Source: Leptogorgia sarmentosa
Taxonomy: Eukaryota
Reading direction: 5' to 3'
Length of the DNA stretch: 64,000 nucleotides
NCBI GenBank assembly: GCA_964658305.1
Contig: OZ210884.1
Location: 7,936,001 to 8,000,000 of the forward strand
Under the pieces are notes generated by a model. The model was not told the origin of the DNA, did no database searches, and saw only the letters and a list, made by a program, of their open reading frames with translations. The translations under genes were made by a program, and so were the position numbers. Shown piece after piece: positions 37,305-50,506 of this stretch (position 1 is its first letter; every line of letters begins with the position of its first letter).

Positions 37305-38312
37305 TTAGGGCTCTCCTCTAGCTAGTCTGATAATTCCCATATTGCACTGAAGGATGAAAAAGTCGTCTGCGTTTCCTCCTTTATCTGGATGATGTTGAAG
37401 ACACAGCTTGCGGAATGCGGTGTTAACCTTGGCATTTGAAGCAGTCATGTCCACACCTAAGTATCGATAGGCATTTTCCAGAGCTTCTTCTTTTGGTAAC
37501 CCAAACATTTTCTGTGTCATCCAATCAGACAAATAACTTGCGCTGGCTGCAGAGACCCACCCACCAACCAAACCACCAGCAAACGTCCCCGCAGGGCCCG
37601 CTATAAATGATCCAGCTAAAGCTCCATAATAGCCACCTCCCATTCCAGCTACTACTGAGATCGATGAATCCAGCAAATTTTTGATGCATCGTTTTCCTGT
37701 TATCTCGCCTGACCACCAACGCTTGATATTGTTAACAGCAGTAACGGTGAGGTAGACGGCAGCCAGACCTACCATTACAACTGTTCCACTAGCTTTATTA
37801 CTGATTTGTCGTACAACATCATCAACTGCAGTCATCATGTTTCTATTTCCCGTTGTTGTTTTGATATAATTCGCAAGAGACTCTTTGCCTTCAGCAGTTA
37901 TAATTTCCCACGCTTTTGCTAAGCCACCAAATGCTGACGTAGATGTCGAATCACACCTCAAGAAATGGCTAGAATCTAATTTCTGGTTCTCCTCTATCGG
38001 AACTGCACTTTCGTCATATGACAATGTTTCTTCATAAAACTGGGCCAAACGTTTTCGGTACTCTTGATCTTTCTCTGCTGTTCGCGTTTCATCAGAAAGT
38101 CGTTTTGCATACATTCGGAAGGCTTCATCCAGCCTCACTGTGTCTTTCAGACGTTTCCAATGTGGTGCGTAAGGACGAGCTACGTTGTCTTTGTAAGATT
38201 TGTCTTCTTCGTCGAGGAAAAACAATATCCTTGCTAAATCTTCTTCGTTGCTTTTGAAAACTTCCACGAGTTTTTCAAATACCTCATCTTGCCACTTTTC
38301 ATCCATAGCCAT
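37305..38312 (-). CDS. 335-aa protein with hydrophobic glycine-zipper segments and a short C-terminal DnaJ (J) domain; single coding exon
   Basis: AYRYLGV...ASNAKVNTAFRKLCLQHHPDKGGN (HPD motif); GMGGGYYGALAGSFIAGPAGTFAGGLVGGWV GxxxG repeats; splice acceptor tttttacag immediately upstream of the ATG. Confidence 0.88.
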   Translation of the reverse strand: MAMDEKWQDEVFEKLVEVFKSNEEDLARILFFLDEEDKSYKDNVARPYAPHWKRLKDTVRLDEAFRMYAKRLSDETRTAEKDQEYRKRLAQFYEETLSYDESAVPIEENQKLDSSHFLRCDSTSTSAFGGLAKAWEIITAEGKESLANYIKTTTGNRNMMTAVDDVVRQISNKASGTVVMVGLAAVYLTVTAVNNIKRWWSGEITGKRCIKNLLDSSISVVAGMGGGYYGALAGSFIAGPAGTFAGGLVGGWVSAASASYLSDWMTQKMFGLPKEEALENAYRYLGVDMTASNAKVNTAFRKLCLQHHPDKGGNADDFFILQCNMGIIRLARGEP

Positions 38313-39171
38313 AGTTTTCTGTAAAAATAAATATAGTTTGTACAGGTTATGTCAGTCTTTGTGACTCATGTAGCGTTCTTACTATTGTTATTTCGCAGGC
38401 AAGCATAAAAACATTTGATAGCAGATGTATATGCAAAACTCAAACTACGCAAATGTGGTCCAAAGAATTTCATTGTACACTCACGGTATATTGTCTAACA
38501 TAGGTGTATCCCACGCAATGATGTTTTTTGCGCAAGGTCCCGCGAAAATTTGGTCATTCTATACAAATTTTAAACATTAATTTTCATTTCTTTTGAATTA
38601 GATTGTTTTCATCGTCTTTGAACACAGAAATATGACCTTTGCCGGCAGGTTTTATTATATTGAGTATTGAAAATGAAACAAACATTAGGTCGGTTAACAT
38701 ATACTGTATAATTTACCTTTAGTAAATCTTGCAGCATGCTTCATTTTACTACATTGATCGTTTCCCAAGACAATATTTTCCTTCACATTACTCGTAAGCT
38801 TTTGGTGTTAAGTCCAAAATTCAGATTTTATACGTTTTAATAAATATATACTCGCGGTATGTATTTGATTCCGTATCATGTTATATCATTCAACTGCTAC
38901 CATTAAAGTGAATTAAAAAACTATGATTTTGCAATATTGGGGAAACAACTCATATCGTCTATATGAGTGAAAACACAAAAGGAGGCTAGCAACACTGGCC
39001 ATACACAAAATTTATATATTTACGAATCCTGTAAGTGAAACTGAGTAAATCAATCACCGGCCCGCGTAAGGTGCTGTAGGTACAACTTTTATTCGCGATG
39101 TCATTCTCGTTACGCTTTCTTTCTTTTTATTCCACTACATAACCTCGTATCAAACATCGTAACATAAGCTA

Positions 39172-40216
39172 CAGGGGGTTGCCAAAAAAAAAGAGCCCCC
39201 TTGTCTCACACAGAAATAAACAAGGTTTATACAAGTCATATTCCTTATGTCGTAAAAAAAGGATTGCACGACAAATGAGATGTAGAGAAATAGTCCTATT
39301 TCACTCTAAGAACACAACATTTGGTAAGCAATATGATATCCGCAACCTTTGATGATCTGTGGACTGCCCCCAAGGATGTTCTAGACAAGTTTATGAACGT
39401 ATTCATGGTTGTTATTCTTCCAACCCTGACTCCTCAAATAACTACTCCTCAATTCGAGATGAACATTTCATATCTAGTCTTCTCTCCTGGCTCCGCAACA
39501 AATTCTCAATGGGATTGAGGTCTAGCTGGGCTTTGTGTTAGCAAAAGAACACTTCAATTTTCAATTAAAATTGATTCCTCAGATAATATTCCACAATACG
39601 AATCGTTCCTGGGAGTCCTTGTCATGCTGCCATATTAAGTTATCTCCCTGGAGTAATCGGACTGAAGATTGTTTGAATTAAATTTTTCGGTTTATTTTTG
39701 GCGTTTTAGTCCATGGTGATATTTGGTTACATATATGTGCGCTTCATTAGTGGCTGTGCGAGGTCAGCGATATTTGGGCAAACATTCGAGAGTTGATAAT
39801 CTCTTAACAGCCTCTCTCATCAAAAGCCTGTCTTCGTGAATCCTTGTCTTGTGCGGTGTTCCAGAACCTGGCATTCATCCAGCACTCTCACTTTCCTTCA
39901 TACGACTTTTTTTGCCCAAGAATAGCTGAGTCTATATTCGTTGCTACTTTCCAAGCACTCGCGTGTAGCACGGGCTGAGTCCAATTTTGAAGGTTTCTAT
40001 CTATCTTCTTCTTAGCCCTTTCTTCTCATTTGCTTCCTCGATGGCAACAGTTTCACACTGATTACAGCGAGATTGGCTGAAACCCATCACTTTTAGCACG
40101 AACTATTTGTTGAATGCTTGTGAGGCAATATATTTTATCCATACCGCATTTGCGTCTACATTTACACAAAAAGCCCTTTTTAAATAGGGGGGCTCTTTTT
40201 TTTTGGCAACCCCCTG
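39172..40216 (-). mobile_element. Decayed Tc1-family DNA transposon
   Basis: TIRs cagggggttgccaaaaaaaaagagccccc / gggggctctttttttttggcaaccccctg with TA on both sides; minus-strand relics GSGTPHKTRIHEDRLLMR (about 39818-39870) and DLNPIENL (about 39499-39522). Confidence 0.88.
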
Positions 40217-40692
40217 TAGGAATATATGTAGTTACGTTACCTCGCAACAAATCAAAACATTAATAGATACAGTACTAGTTACACATCGTTCACGACAAAA
40301 ATATTTACCAAATACAACACAAACTGACCTTAAAAATGTATTCAATAATATATTGAAAATTTGGTTGTTTAGATTGCTGTGTTTCGTTGACGTTCGTGTA
40401 GTTGCACTTGTTATAGCGTCGATTGAGAATGTTGCTGTTTCGAATTACTTGGAAATTACATGTTTAATTCGTGGAATATTTTCAGTCACCACGTGATCTC
40501 ATTGTTAGCGATCGGGTTTACGATGCTGTACGAAGCTACGAACAGTCGGAGCAAGAACCTTCAAGATGACAGATACATGCAAATTAGAAAGCAATATATT
40601 TTTTGTCTTATCCAACAGTATTGCCATTATTGCCAGTATACAATACATGGTTTTAAAGTGATATGATACCAAGCAATTAGTTAATGAATATA

Positions 40693-40848
40693 CAGTGGAC
40701 CCTGTTAATACGACCACCTTTCGGCCAGAACATTTTGGTCGTAGTATTAACGAGGTTATTAGGAAATTGGCGGGTTTTTTTGTGGACAGAAAATGTGATC
40801 GTAATGATGAGGTGGTCGTATTAACAAAGTGGTCGCGGGGTTCTACTG
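40693..40848. mobile_element. Tc1/pogo-type MITE
   Basis: TA-cagtggaccc...ggggttctactg-TA, with inverted ttaatacgaccacc / ggtggtcgtattaa. Confidence 0.75.
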
Positions 40849-42478
40849 TAGTTAAAAAGGGCGCGTCATGGCGCACACTGATTGGCCACGCATGGGACAT
40901 CATTTTCCCCGAAATTTTAAAAACGGACAATTTGCATGGTGAAACATAACTTTTGATTGAGACAAGAACAACAAAATCTATCGCCACAACTAGAGCATTT
41001 TAAGGTGGATTCCTACTTTTTCTTTAAAACCCAATGAATCAATGAGTAGGCCTGATCGGGTAAGTTAACGCCTACAGCGAAGCCGATTTTCATGTAGAAG
41101 GGGCACTAATTACGAAATTTGCAAAGATTACATATGACATTACAATATACATTGAATACTGTAAATGGCTTGTGAAACTGACGTGAAAGGCTTTTGTTTT
41201 TGTCATATGGTCGATCTATGTCGTTCAAAATGTCCAAGGTCTAAATGTTGTATCCACTTTCATTTCCAGTGCGCATGCTCGGCAAGTTATTAGATGCATA
41301 TGCATCTGCCAGGCCGCATGAAAAAAAGTGGGTACATGAAAAAGTCACTTTTCAATGTTGAGTGAGACCTTTGTATGGTATATGCTAATGCTCTGTGATT
41401 CTGTATTGTGCATGTATACAGAGGCTGTGATATGACCCAAATGCATGGAGTAATATGAGTATGCATGGCGTAAATAGGCATACAAAACGGCGAGGAAGCA
41501 CAATTAAAGTACACCAGATACATTGTACGAAATGAAATTCGTTATTATCTTTCTATTCACGACAATTATTATCGTCCATTATATAACTCTTCATACAATA
41601 ATTTATCGAGCATCATATAAAAAACTTATTATTTGCCCTAATATACTGGGACACTACAACTATATATACAAAATAACATTTCACGACACTACACTATTCC
41701 CAGCAATGTATTTTACAAACAATAATAAAATTTTTTCTTCGTTATCTCGCTACACATGCAAGAATGTTTTTCTTAGAAGTTACGTTGTCTGATTACCACT
41801 TTAGTGGACCTTTCCCCTTTTAGACGAACTTTTGAATTAAGAAATTTGATTACTACATGGACAATAGCACAGTTGAAAAGAGCATCATAAATTTAGTAAA
41901 ATGTTTTGAAATACAGGCATTTAAAGTTTGCTAATTTTGAATGCTTTTCATATTACATTTAAAATCTGATAATTACATTTGAAATCTGATTACCACTTCG
42001 CCGTGCGTAATACAAAGAAAAAGTATACAAAATTCTGTATATTCCATATTTTACGTTATTTTGCAACCAAACTTCACAATTTTACTAAATTAATGATGTT
42101 CTTATATTCCAGCCGTGGTGATGAATTCGCCTAAGGGTTGCATGACCATTCCTTAACGCTATTTTTCCGGACGTATTGGAAGTATTGGGAATGGCCATGC
42201 AAGCCTGTACATAGAGGGTCCTGAAGGGGTAAAATGGGAACTGGGATTTGCTCATTTTTGGCTGGGAAATAGGACTTCATGAACTGGATCTGGGATTCAT
42301 CAGCAATAAAACAATAGAAAATGGGAATGGGATTTAAGATTTAAGAAGAACAGCTACTGAGACGATGGGATTTGTGCTCTTGGACACTGGGGAGTATTTA
42401 AAATTTGGGCAGGGAAATGGGAATGGAAACTTCCCCGCTTCAGGGCCCATATATTTACAAAGCTATATACCACTTTAA

Positions 42479-42731
42479 CAGGAAGGAGCATATTTATCTA
42501 ATTTTGCGCAGTCTGGGCACTGCAACTTATTTTATTCTACATTTTCCAGTTTTGTTTAAATCCGCATAGGAGATGTATCATTCCTTATTTATCGCTCTAT
42601 ATAGCTACTTTGGACAGGAAGGAGCATATTTATCTAATTTTGCGCAGTCTGGGCACTACAACTTATTTTATTCTACATTTTCCAGTTTTGTTCAAATACG
42701 GACTAGGAGATGTATCATTCCTTATTTATCG
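42479..42731. repeat. Local tandem duplication of about 136 bp
   Basis: caggaaggagcatatttatctaattttgcgcagtctgggcact..aacttattttattctacattttccagttttgtt at 42479 and 42615. Confidence 0.9.
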
Positions 42732-42816
42732 ACGTCACTGCCAGCATCTTGGAGATGAAATGCACCCCTTCACTCAGTACACCACTATCAATTCTACCAC
42801 ATCCGGAGACGTTAAG

Positions 42817-44190
42817 TCAATCGTCATTGATAACTAATTTCAAAGCATCTTGTAACTCCAGTACGATTGATATCAACTCATCTTTCTGCATTAAACGAAT
42901 TAGAGACCAGAATTAGGAAACTAAACAACAATGCATTTCTTTACTGATGCATTTAAAATACAACGATTTATGAAAGAAAATTGCAAGCTTTATGGTGATG
43001 AACGATGAGAAAAACTGAAGATATTTTCCTGTGGTGTAAGTTAATTTCTAAAACAAAAATGTTTGCCTACCGATTTGGCTTCAAGCTGTTCCTTCTGGTG
43101 TCGAGTTGATAACTGCTTTAGTTTTGAATTCATCTAAAAGTAAATCATATTCAGTTTCATTTTTTCTCTAAAAACTCACTTTGTTATGATTGATGTGATT
43201 TGTTGGCAGATCAGAAGTTGAAACGTGAAAGCAAAAACTTGCATTAACACGACTTAAAACTTGCATTAACACGACTTGAGTCAACTATTAAAATCACGTC
43301 ATCAAGAATAAATAACTGAATATACAGACGACACAAAATCATCTGATGATGAGGAATTTTAACACGCTTTTTAAACGATTTTCGACGGGAAGGCTTCCCA
43401 GTAAAATGTACACCCGCAATCGTTTTCGTCTCAATGAGCTTTGGAAAAGATGTCATTAGGTATTTCTTTTTCCACAAACACATTCAACCTGTTTCATACC
43501 CATTCACATTCTCTTCTAACATGCAACTGTGCATGCTGGCCGGCCCGTTCACACAAGCGATTATGCTGCGATTTCTAGTTATGAATCACGAATGTTCAGG
43601 TGAGGAAGCACTCAGCACATTCGTTATCTTATCAATCCACTCCTATCAAAAGGGGAAAATCTCAGCTAAAAATCGCTCGTGTGAACGGGCCTATATTTTG
43701 CAAAGAAACTGATTCAAGAGCATATACTTTTCATAGATATGATATGAATACATAAAAGGACAACATGAAAAAAATAGTTATGAAAATCAGGTATCTTACG
43801 TACCTTCGCACATTGTTCGTCAACTATGGCATCGGTTTGCACGATATTAGTTCCATGTGACTCCACATGCGATAAATCTTTGCAGGGCTCTGACTTTACT
43901 TCACTTAATTCTCCTTTATTGTCCTCATCTAATTTTAACATTCCACATGAGCCATGATTATTATTTTCATGATTGTTGTTGTGAAATCCATTAACCCTTC
44001 TCTTTGAATGACTGTCACGTATGTAAGTATATTTATTCGAAAGCAGCATGTGATCATCACGTGAATGCTCTCGGCAAATGTTGTCCTGTCCACATTCACT
44101 TAAATCAATGGGTAGAGACTTTGTTCGATTGAATAGGATTCGCCTGTGTGGTGCGCGCGTCCAGTGGTGGAATGGAAACGAGTCAGACAT
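42817..44190 (-). CDS. Tentative orphan gene, about 172 aa: exons 44190-43804, 43133-43071, 42885-42817; C-terminal coiled coil
   Basis: 129-codon first exon preceded by an acceptor (ttttcaag) and ending AAG|GTACGT; two further phase-0 exons with good AG/GT signals give MNSKLKQLSTRHQKEQLEAKS|KDELISIVLELQDALKLVINDD*. No family recognised. Confidence 0.5.
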
Positions 44191-47100
44191 ACGCTTGTTC
44201 CTTGAAAATAGGAAATTGGACTAAACATAAATGAGGAGAGAAAAGTAGAGGGGAATAGATTTTAAAAAAGGCTCGACAATCTGGCAATGCGCCGAAAGCC
44301 TCATGATAATAATAAGATCTTGATGACTGCATTCCATACTTATAGCACACAGGTATTATTGGTGCTCGCGCAAATCTATCAGCGATGCAATCGAGAAAAA
44401 CAATGCAATTTCAAGTTGAATGGCATGATAATATTAGCTTTCTGCAACTCGCAGACTAACCTTTCAGCTTGTCTCAACTTCTGTGTCACATTATCACATG
44501 ATCTTGACAATAATGTGTTTCTTTCTTCGCAAAATGGCTCTGAAAGAATAATGACAATAAATATAACGCAATTTGTATCATTTTGATGGAAGAAGTATTA
44601 CATCGTTGCTGCTCAGTTAACCAATCAGAATGCAGAAAAGCCATTCCTTACTACTAGAATTATACTAAAAACCAATAAGTGGATGTGTTTGGATAAATCA
44701 GCACTTGTATGTTATATAACCGCTTATATATAATTATTCAAGAATATAGATAATTATATAATATACTGTATTTATTACACAGTAGCACGTGTACACCTTT
44801 TTTGACATTCAGCTATTGTTGAAAAAAATTAGTGTATTTGTAAATACAGTTGATCATCATCACATTTTTCGAATGCTTTTCTAATATTTTCTTAACGAAT
44901 CAAAAAGCGTGATTTCCTCATCGTAAGGGATCAAAATCATCCCCAATGCATCTTTCGTCTCGCCCCGGCAAAGCGAGATTATGCAAACAAACCCTTAGAC
45001 AAAATCCTTTCCTTTTGGCTCTAGATGACGTAAATCATACTATGTAAACGTCACATTATGACGTGAAGTATCTATCAAAGCGGATAATGTCTGTACTTTA
45101 TCTTTTTTATCAGTTCGTTTCCCAGATTAATTAATAGACGGATCGTCACTAGTCATTTGCTTGACGTCGTATTCTTGGAAGCTTGACAGCTTGTTTATGT
45201 CTGGATTTTTCAGGTTTGCGCTACACCAAGACATGCACGATTACCCGAATTCCGGCTGATCTCCGAAAACGCACAGGATTTACGTGTTGTATCGGAAGGG
45301 GGATATCTTACGTTCAATAGATTTATCTTTTCCTATTTATTCGTTTGGTTTATTATTTACGTGACTTTCAGACGTGATAGCTACATCCTGTGTATGATAG
45401 TGCTGCGACTGCTATATACGTAAATATTCTTGAATAAATCATTTGATACCTCTTTGATTGTAGTATCGAAGACTCTCTACAACACAATAACGCGCAATGA
45501 ATACGTTTGTATCGTCAACCGTCTATATATAAAGGCTTTTGTGAAACAGAAGACAAATTCCGGCACAAATATTGAATATCTAACTATAGCCAACTAGCTT
45601 TAGGTATAAACTATAGGTAAAAGCAAACACAGCAGGCGAAAGGCGGGCAAGATAGCTACAGTATTTTTAGGTACAGGATTTTGATTACTAAATATATAAA
45701 GGTTATATTAGTTGGTTTTACTGACACACTTATAGCAAAGGCAGAATACAGTAACTTTATAGTGCATTTTCACAGATCAACATGCACTGACGTCATTGCG
45801 TTTGCAGACAGAAAGTGGAGATGTATTGTATTTTTTTAGATACTTGTAGTGTTTTTTAAATATAGATATACAGGAAATGGGAAAGTCTGAATGTCTATAG
45901 AATTAGTGGAACGTGCCATTATACGTTAATTCTTACGTACACACATATCTTGGATTCATTGCAATTACAAAGGATTCATTGTATAAACGAAATCATGATC
46001 ACTCACAGTGGGATTGTGAAACGTCTCTCGTGATCAATAAATCCTGCGATATAATCGATTCGAAATCTATTATCACTTTGCCGTGCGTAATGCAAAAATA
46101 TACAAAATTCTCAAACTTTAAATGACTGTAGCCTTTTCTCCACATTTTACGTTATTTTGCAACCAAACGTCACAATTTTACTAAATCAATGATGCTCTTT
46201 CCAGCTGTTGTGATGAATTTTCCTAATTCGAAAGTTCATCTAAAAGGGGGAAGGTCTATTAAAAACCCCGGCTTTTTAGTTATTTTTTATAGCTTTTTAG
46301 TTATTTCAAGAAGCCATTACCCTAAAATTCTGATCTGTTTTTCTGTTTTTTCTCTGTTAATATTTAATATTTGTAAATTGTAGAAAATGAATGGTACAAA
46401 TAAATTGTCTTGTTTTGTCTTGCCTGACAATGTTGACTCTAAATTAATAACCCCGGCCGGGAATTTAATATATTTACATGATAGAAACTTAATAGAGATG
46501 TCCAAAATCAAGAATTCGAAATCATAAAGAGAAACACATCTGAAAGCAAGTACGATTTCCGATTGTCCCAATGTGCATTTCGACTTTAGCACGTGCTCAA
46601 TCTACGACATGGACGTGACGAGGAAACTTGTGCTTCATGTTAGGACTTTTTAGCACTGAGATTGGCGTCTACATCGTAGAATATAGCTCAAGTCAAACTC
46701 TCTTTTGTCAAACATTGTAGCTTATGTCACTCTTACAACGTGTGACAAATTCAAAACGAGAGGATTTCAACGATCTGTATAGGAGTGAAACCTCTCCAAA
46801 GTACCTCCAAATCTCTCTGTACTATTTTGGCCGAGAAATTACTCCAATATATATTTCCATATACAAAAATATGTAAATGTCAAAATAGCAAACGAAACCC
46901 TAAACCACAAAATATGTCATGTTTTACGTCATCGGAAGCGGGACATTTTGACCTACAGAAAAGTCGGCAACCGGCAAGAAGAAAAGTGCGGCGGTAAAGT
47001 CTATTCTCCGCTTATTTTTACGTAATCTAATGCTACCGTTTTCCCGCCAATTGCGTACATACCAAGTATTTTGTCTTACTTAGAGCAGTTGCGTTAATAT

Positions 47101-47596
47101 AAAAAATAATGAAAAGAGAAATTGAAATTTTTGAAAATGGCGCATGGCTATATATATATGTGCAATAACGTATTTCCGCGATATTATATCGTCAGAGGAA
47201 ACAAATAATTACGAATATAGCCGTCTGCCATTAATTATCTTATAATGTCGCAATTACAGCTTGTTTTATCCCATAAAGAACCTTGCATGTAGTCAAGTTT
47301 AGTCTAAACAGTTTGGAATTATAATTACTGCGGTCGAACACACAGGGAGTGAGGCAAGCTAATTATACTTGCTGAAATGTAACCCCTGAAGATTCCCTTT
47401 TCAGGTAAAATATATAACACATTAGTATTTAGTGAAGTGAGATATAGGCTGCAAATATTCTTTCGTGTGTGATAAAGCCTATTGTGACCTTATTGTTATC
47501 AAATGTCGACACTCGACAGCAGGTCTACATGATAGATCACATCACTTTAGCCCACCGTATAAGTCGCGTCCAAGATTTTTTTTCTCGCAAGCTTAA

Positions 47597-49050
47597 AGGA
47601 CATTGGCAACGAAAATTTTTATTCGTTATATCGGTAGACTATTCCTACGGAATACTTAATTTCCTAGTTTACGCTGCCCAACGCGTTTAGTTGCTGAGAA
47701 AATTGATGAAAATGTTCAACAGTCGTCGGCCATTTTGAAAAAAACCGCGTATGCTAATTTATGTAGAATTTATGATGTGACGTCATAAGATGGGTTCGAC
47801 GCAAAATACAACTATACGATCTATATGACTTTATCATTTATGTTGTTCTAAAATCATTTTAACGAAAAAATACTGATAAACCGCCAAGAATTTAAAGTCG
47901 TTGCGTAGTATTAGGTGCCTGGGAATATTTCTACGACATTATTTGAAAAATACGCATGTGTTTGCGCTGTTAAAACGAGCTAAGACTTTGACAACTTATA
48001 TACTCCTCAGACAAGACTCATTTTACAACACGCACGCATCAACACATGCTGTATATTGTATTGTAGTCTTTGTAGAAATAACTCGTTATTGTCTGTAAGA
48101 AACTCTACACTATAACTTACTGTATGATCATACAGGCGAATTCTACTGATAGTCATGCGAGTAAAATTAGAGTTTGCACCAAAAATGCTTGTTTGTATCA
48201 CTGGGTTGGGTTCATATGCACTAACTGCGCTGCTGCATATCACATGAGTGCATTCGATTTATAGCCGGTTTGCAAAAGATATACCCGTATTGATGTGATA
48301 TATGTCGCGCCTGTTTGTACGGACCAGCAAATTAAGTTGAGGAAACATTATCAATAAAACTAAGCCAAGTCTGATCTTAGGGAATGAAGTCCTTATATTA
48401 GCGCGGGTTTAGTCCTCAGTGCGCGTTGCTATTGTACGCGACTTCCTTATCAGACAAAGACAGACCGCTTCTTTTATGATGATCCGAATATTTTCCATCG
48501 CTAGTAACCAGCAAAGTTGAGGAAATATGATCAACAAAACTAAGGCAAGTCTGATCCTAGGAAATAATAGCTATAGGACACTATAGTTAAGTTGTTAGCG
48601 CAGCTATTGTACACGACTTCCTCATCAAAGACAGATCGCTGCTTTGACCTGAATCTATTTCATCGCTAGTATTGCTTTGATTCCCTCGCGCTTTGGGCTC
48701 AAATAGGTGGTGTAGTACCCCTGCAACTCGATTCTCGTGAATGTTTTCCATTGAAATAGTTTTCCATCAAAATTTTCCATTGAAACTAGACCACTCGATA
48801 CAGAACACCATAGAAAACTATACTGTTGTTTTCGTCGAACCCATCTTATGACGTCACTGGGTCATGTTACGCAAGATATAATTTTTTGAGATTTTTATCC
48901 AAGATGGCCGACGACATGCAGATTTTGGGTGAATTCAAATGCAAATAACTCATAAACCAAAACGTTTAGACGAAAATTAATACCAGATCTGTCGTTAGGT
49001 GATGTAACACTTTCAAAATAGGCAATAAAAATTTTCGTTGCCAATGTCCT
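47597..49050. mobile_element. Non-autonomous TTAA-targeting DNA transposon (Kolobok-like termini)
   Basis: TTAA-aggacattggcaacgaaaattttt ... aaaaattttcgttgccaatgtcct-TTAA; internal inverted blocks tgacgtcataagatgggttcgacg / cgtcgaacccatcttatgacgtca; internal direct duplication at about 48324-48505 and 48508-48670. Confidence 0.8.
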
Positions 49051-50441
49051 TTAAAACAGACGTTGAAATGACTATAGCTCAACACTTGTTGTTTTACATG
49101 AAACTCAGACAGCATGGCATCATTTATAGTTCATAAAGAATATCAATCATGTCATGTTTTTCTGATAATTTTCTTATCAAGCTAAAGTATATAGAGGGCA
49201 ATTATATATAGCACTTATTATCACATATTTTTAACCCCAGACGTCAATATTCGTGAACTTACAGATTCGGTTTCAAATTGCTTTCATTCTGTTTCAATGT
49301 ATAAAATGTAAAGTGAAATTAACTACAACGACGAAAAAATAGATTTGCACTGAAACTTTGCGACCTGGTGCAAATATGGCAATGGCCGCAATTGCATCCA
49401 ACTTGCACGGTTGCAAATGTTTTGCAAATTTAGAAATTAAACAAAAGTTTGGGCGAAGTTTGGGGGAAAATGCCTACTAATGCACTTGTGCAAATGAAAG
49501 CTAATTTTGCCAAATTTATCCTATACAATTGTTCTCGAAGAAAAAGAAGTTGCATTGGTTAAAATTTACTTGTCAATTCCTTTTAACAAATTTGAACAAA
49601 TTCTTTTTACTATAGCTATATAGAAATTTGATGCAATGCATGGTTGCCATGTATGTTGCCTGATTTGCACCGGGTTGCAAAGTTCAAATCCATTTTTGTT
49701 GTCCTATATCAAGAAGTCCTTTCTATATCCTAGAATATTAAAACCAAGGAACCCTACATAGGGTATATTGTACAGGATATATATGATGCCTCACGTATAT
49801 TATACCGGAAAACTCAAGCCGAGTTTTAAAATACTTTGAAACTCGTAGAAAACGGCGCCGCGTAGGCTTGCAATGAAAAAAAATATTGCGTTTGAAAAGG
49901 CAACGCATCGTATACTTCATTATAGTATACATTTAATTTATAATCCTTGTGTGACATTATCTTTTTCTTTTGTGTACTGTAGATGTTAATGGCAGGTGTT
50001 AGCACGTACATGTGTAAAGTAAAGTAAATTTTGACACCTCAACTTTTGAATTATATGAAACCAACTAATAAGGAACAATTTTTATCCGCTTTAAGCACCC
50101 AAATCATTACAAAAAGCAGTCTGAATACAAGTACTGTAAGAAATTAAAAATGTGAGGAAAAATATGAGGGTTCATGCGAACAATAATCAATAATGTAATA
50201 TGTCACTGAAGGTTCCAACTTGTATAGACTAATTTATTCAATGATTTTGCACTCAACTCCATTTGAAATGTTAATAATCCCCGTATATGCCGACTGAGTT
50301 TTCGAGTATTATAGATCGCTAGGTTTGATAAAATATATTATTTATCTACATACATTGTGTAAAATTCATATCCGTATTATAAATAAATATATATTCTTAA
50401 CAGGGCAGCTGTTTTTATCGGTCATCCTTTACTGTAATACT

Positions 50442-50506
50442 TATAGGAACATACATTCGAGGACATATAGGACATATAGGATATATAGGACATATAGGAT
50501 ATATAG
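50442..50506. repeat. 9-bp tandem repeat (taggacata/taggatata)
   Basis: Five to six imperfect units. Confidence 0.8.

Noticed and set aside
40505..40987. 160-aa ORF
   Set aside because: GTG start, runs through a MITE and has no domain; likely chance.
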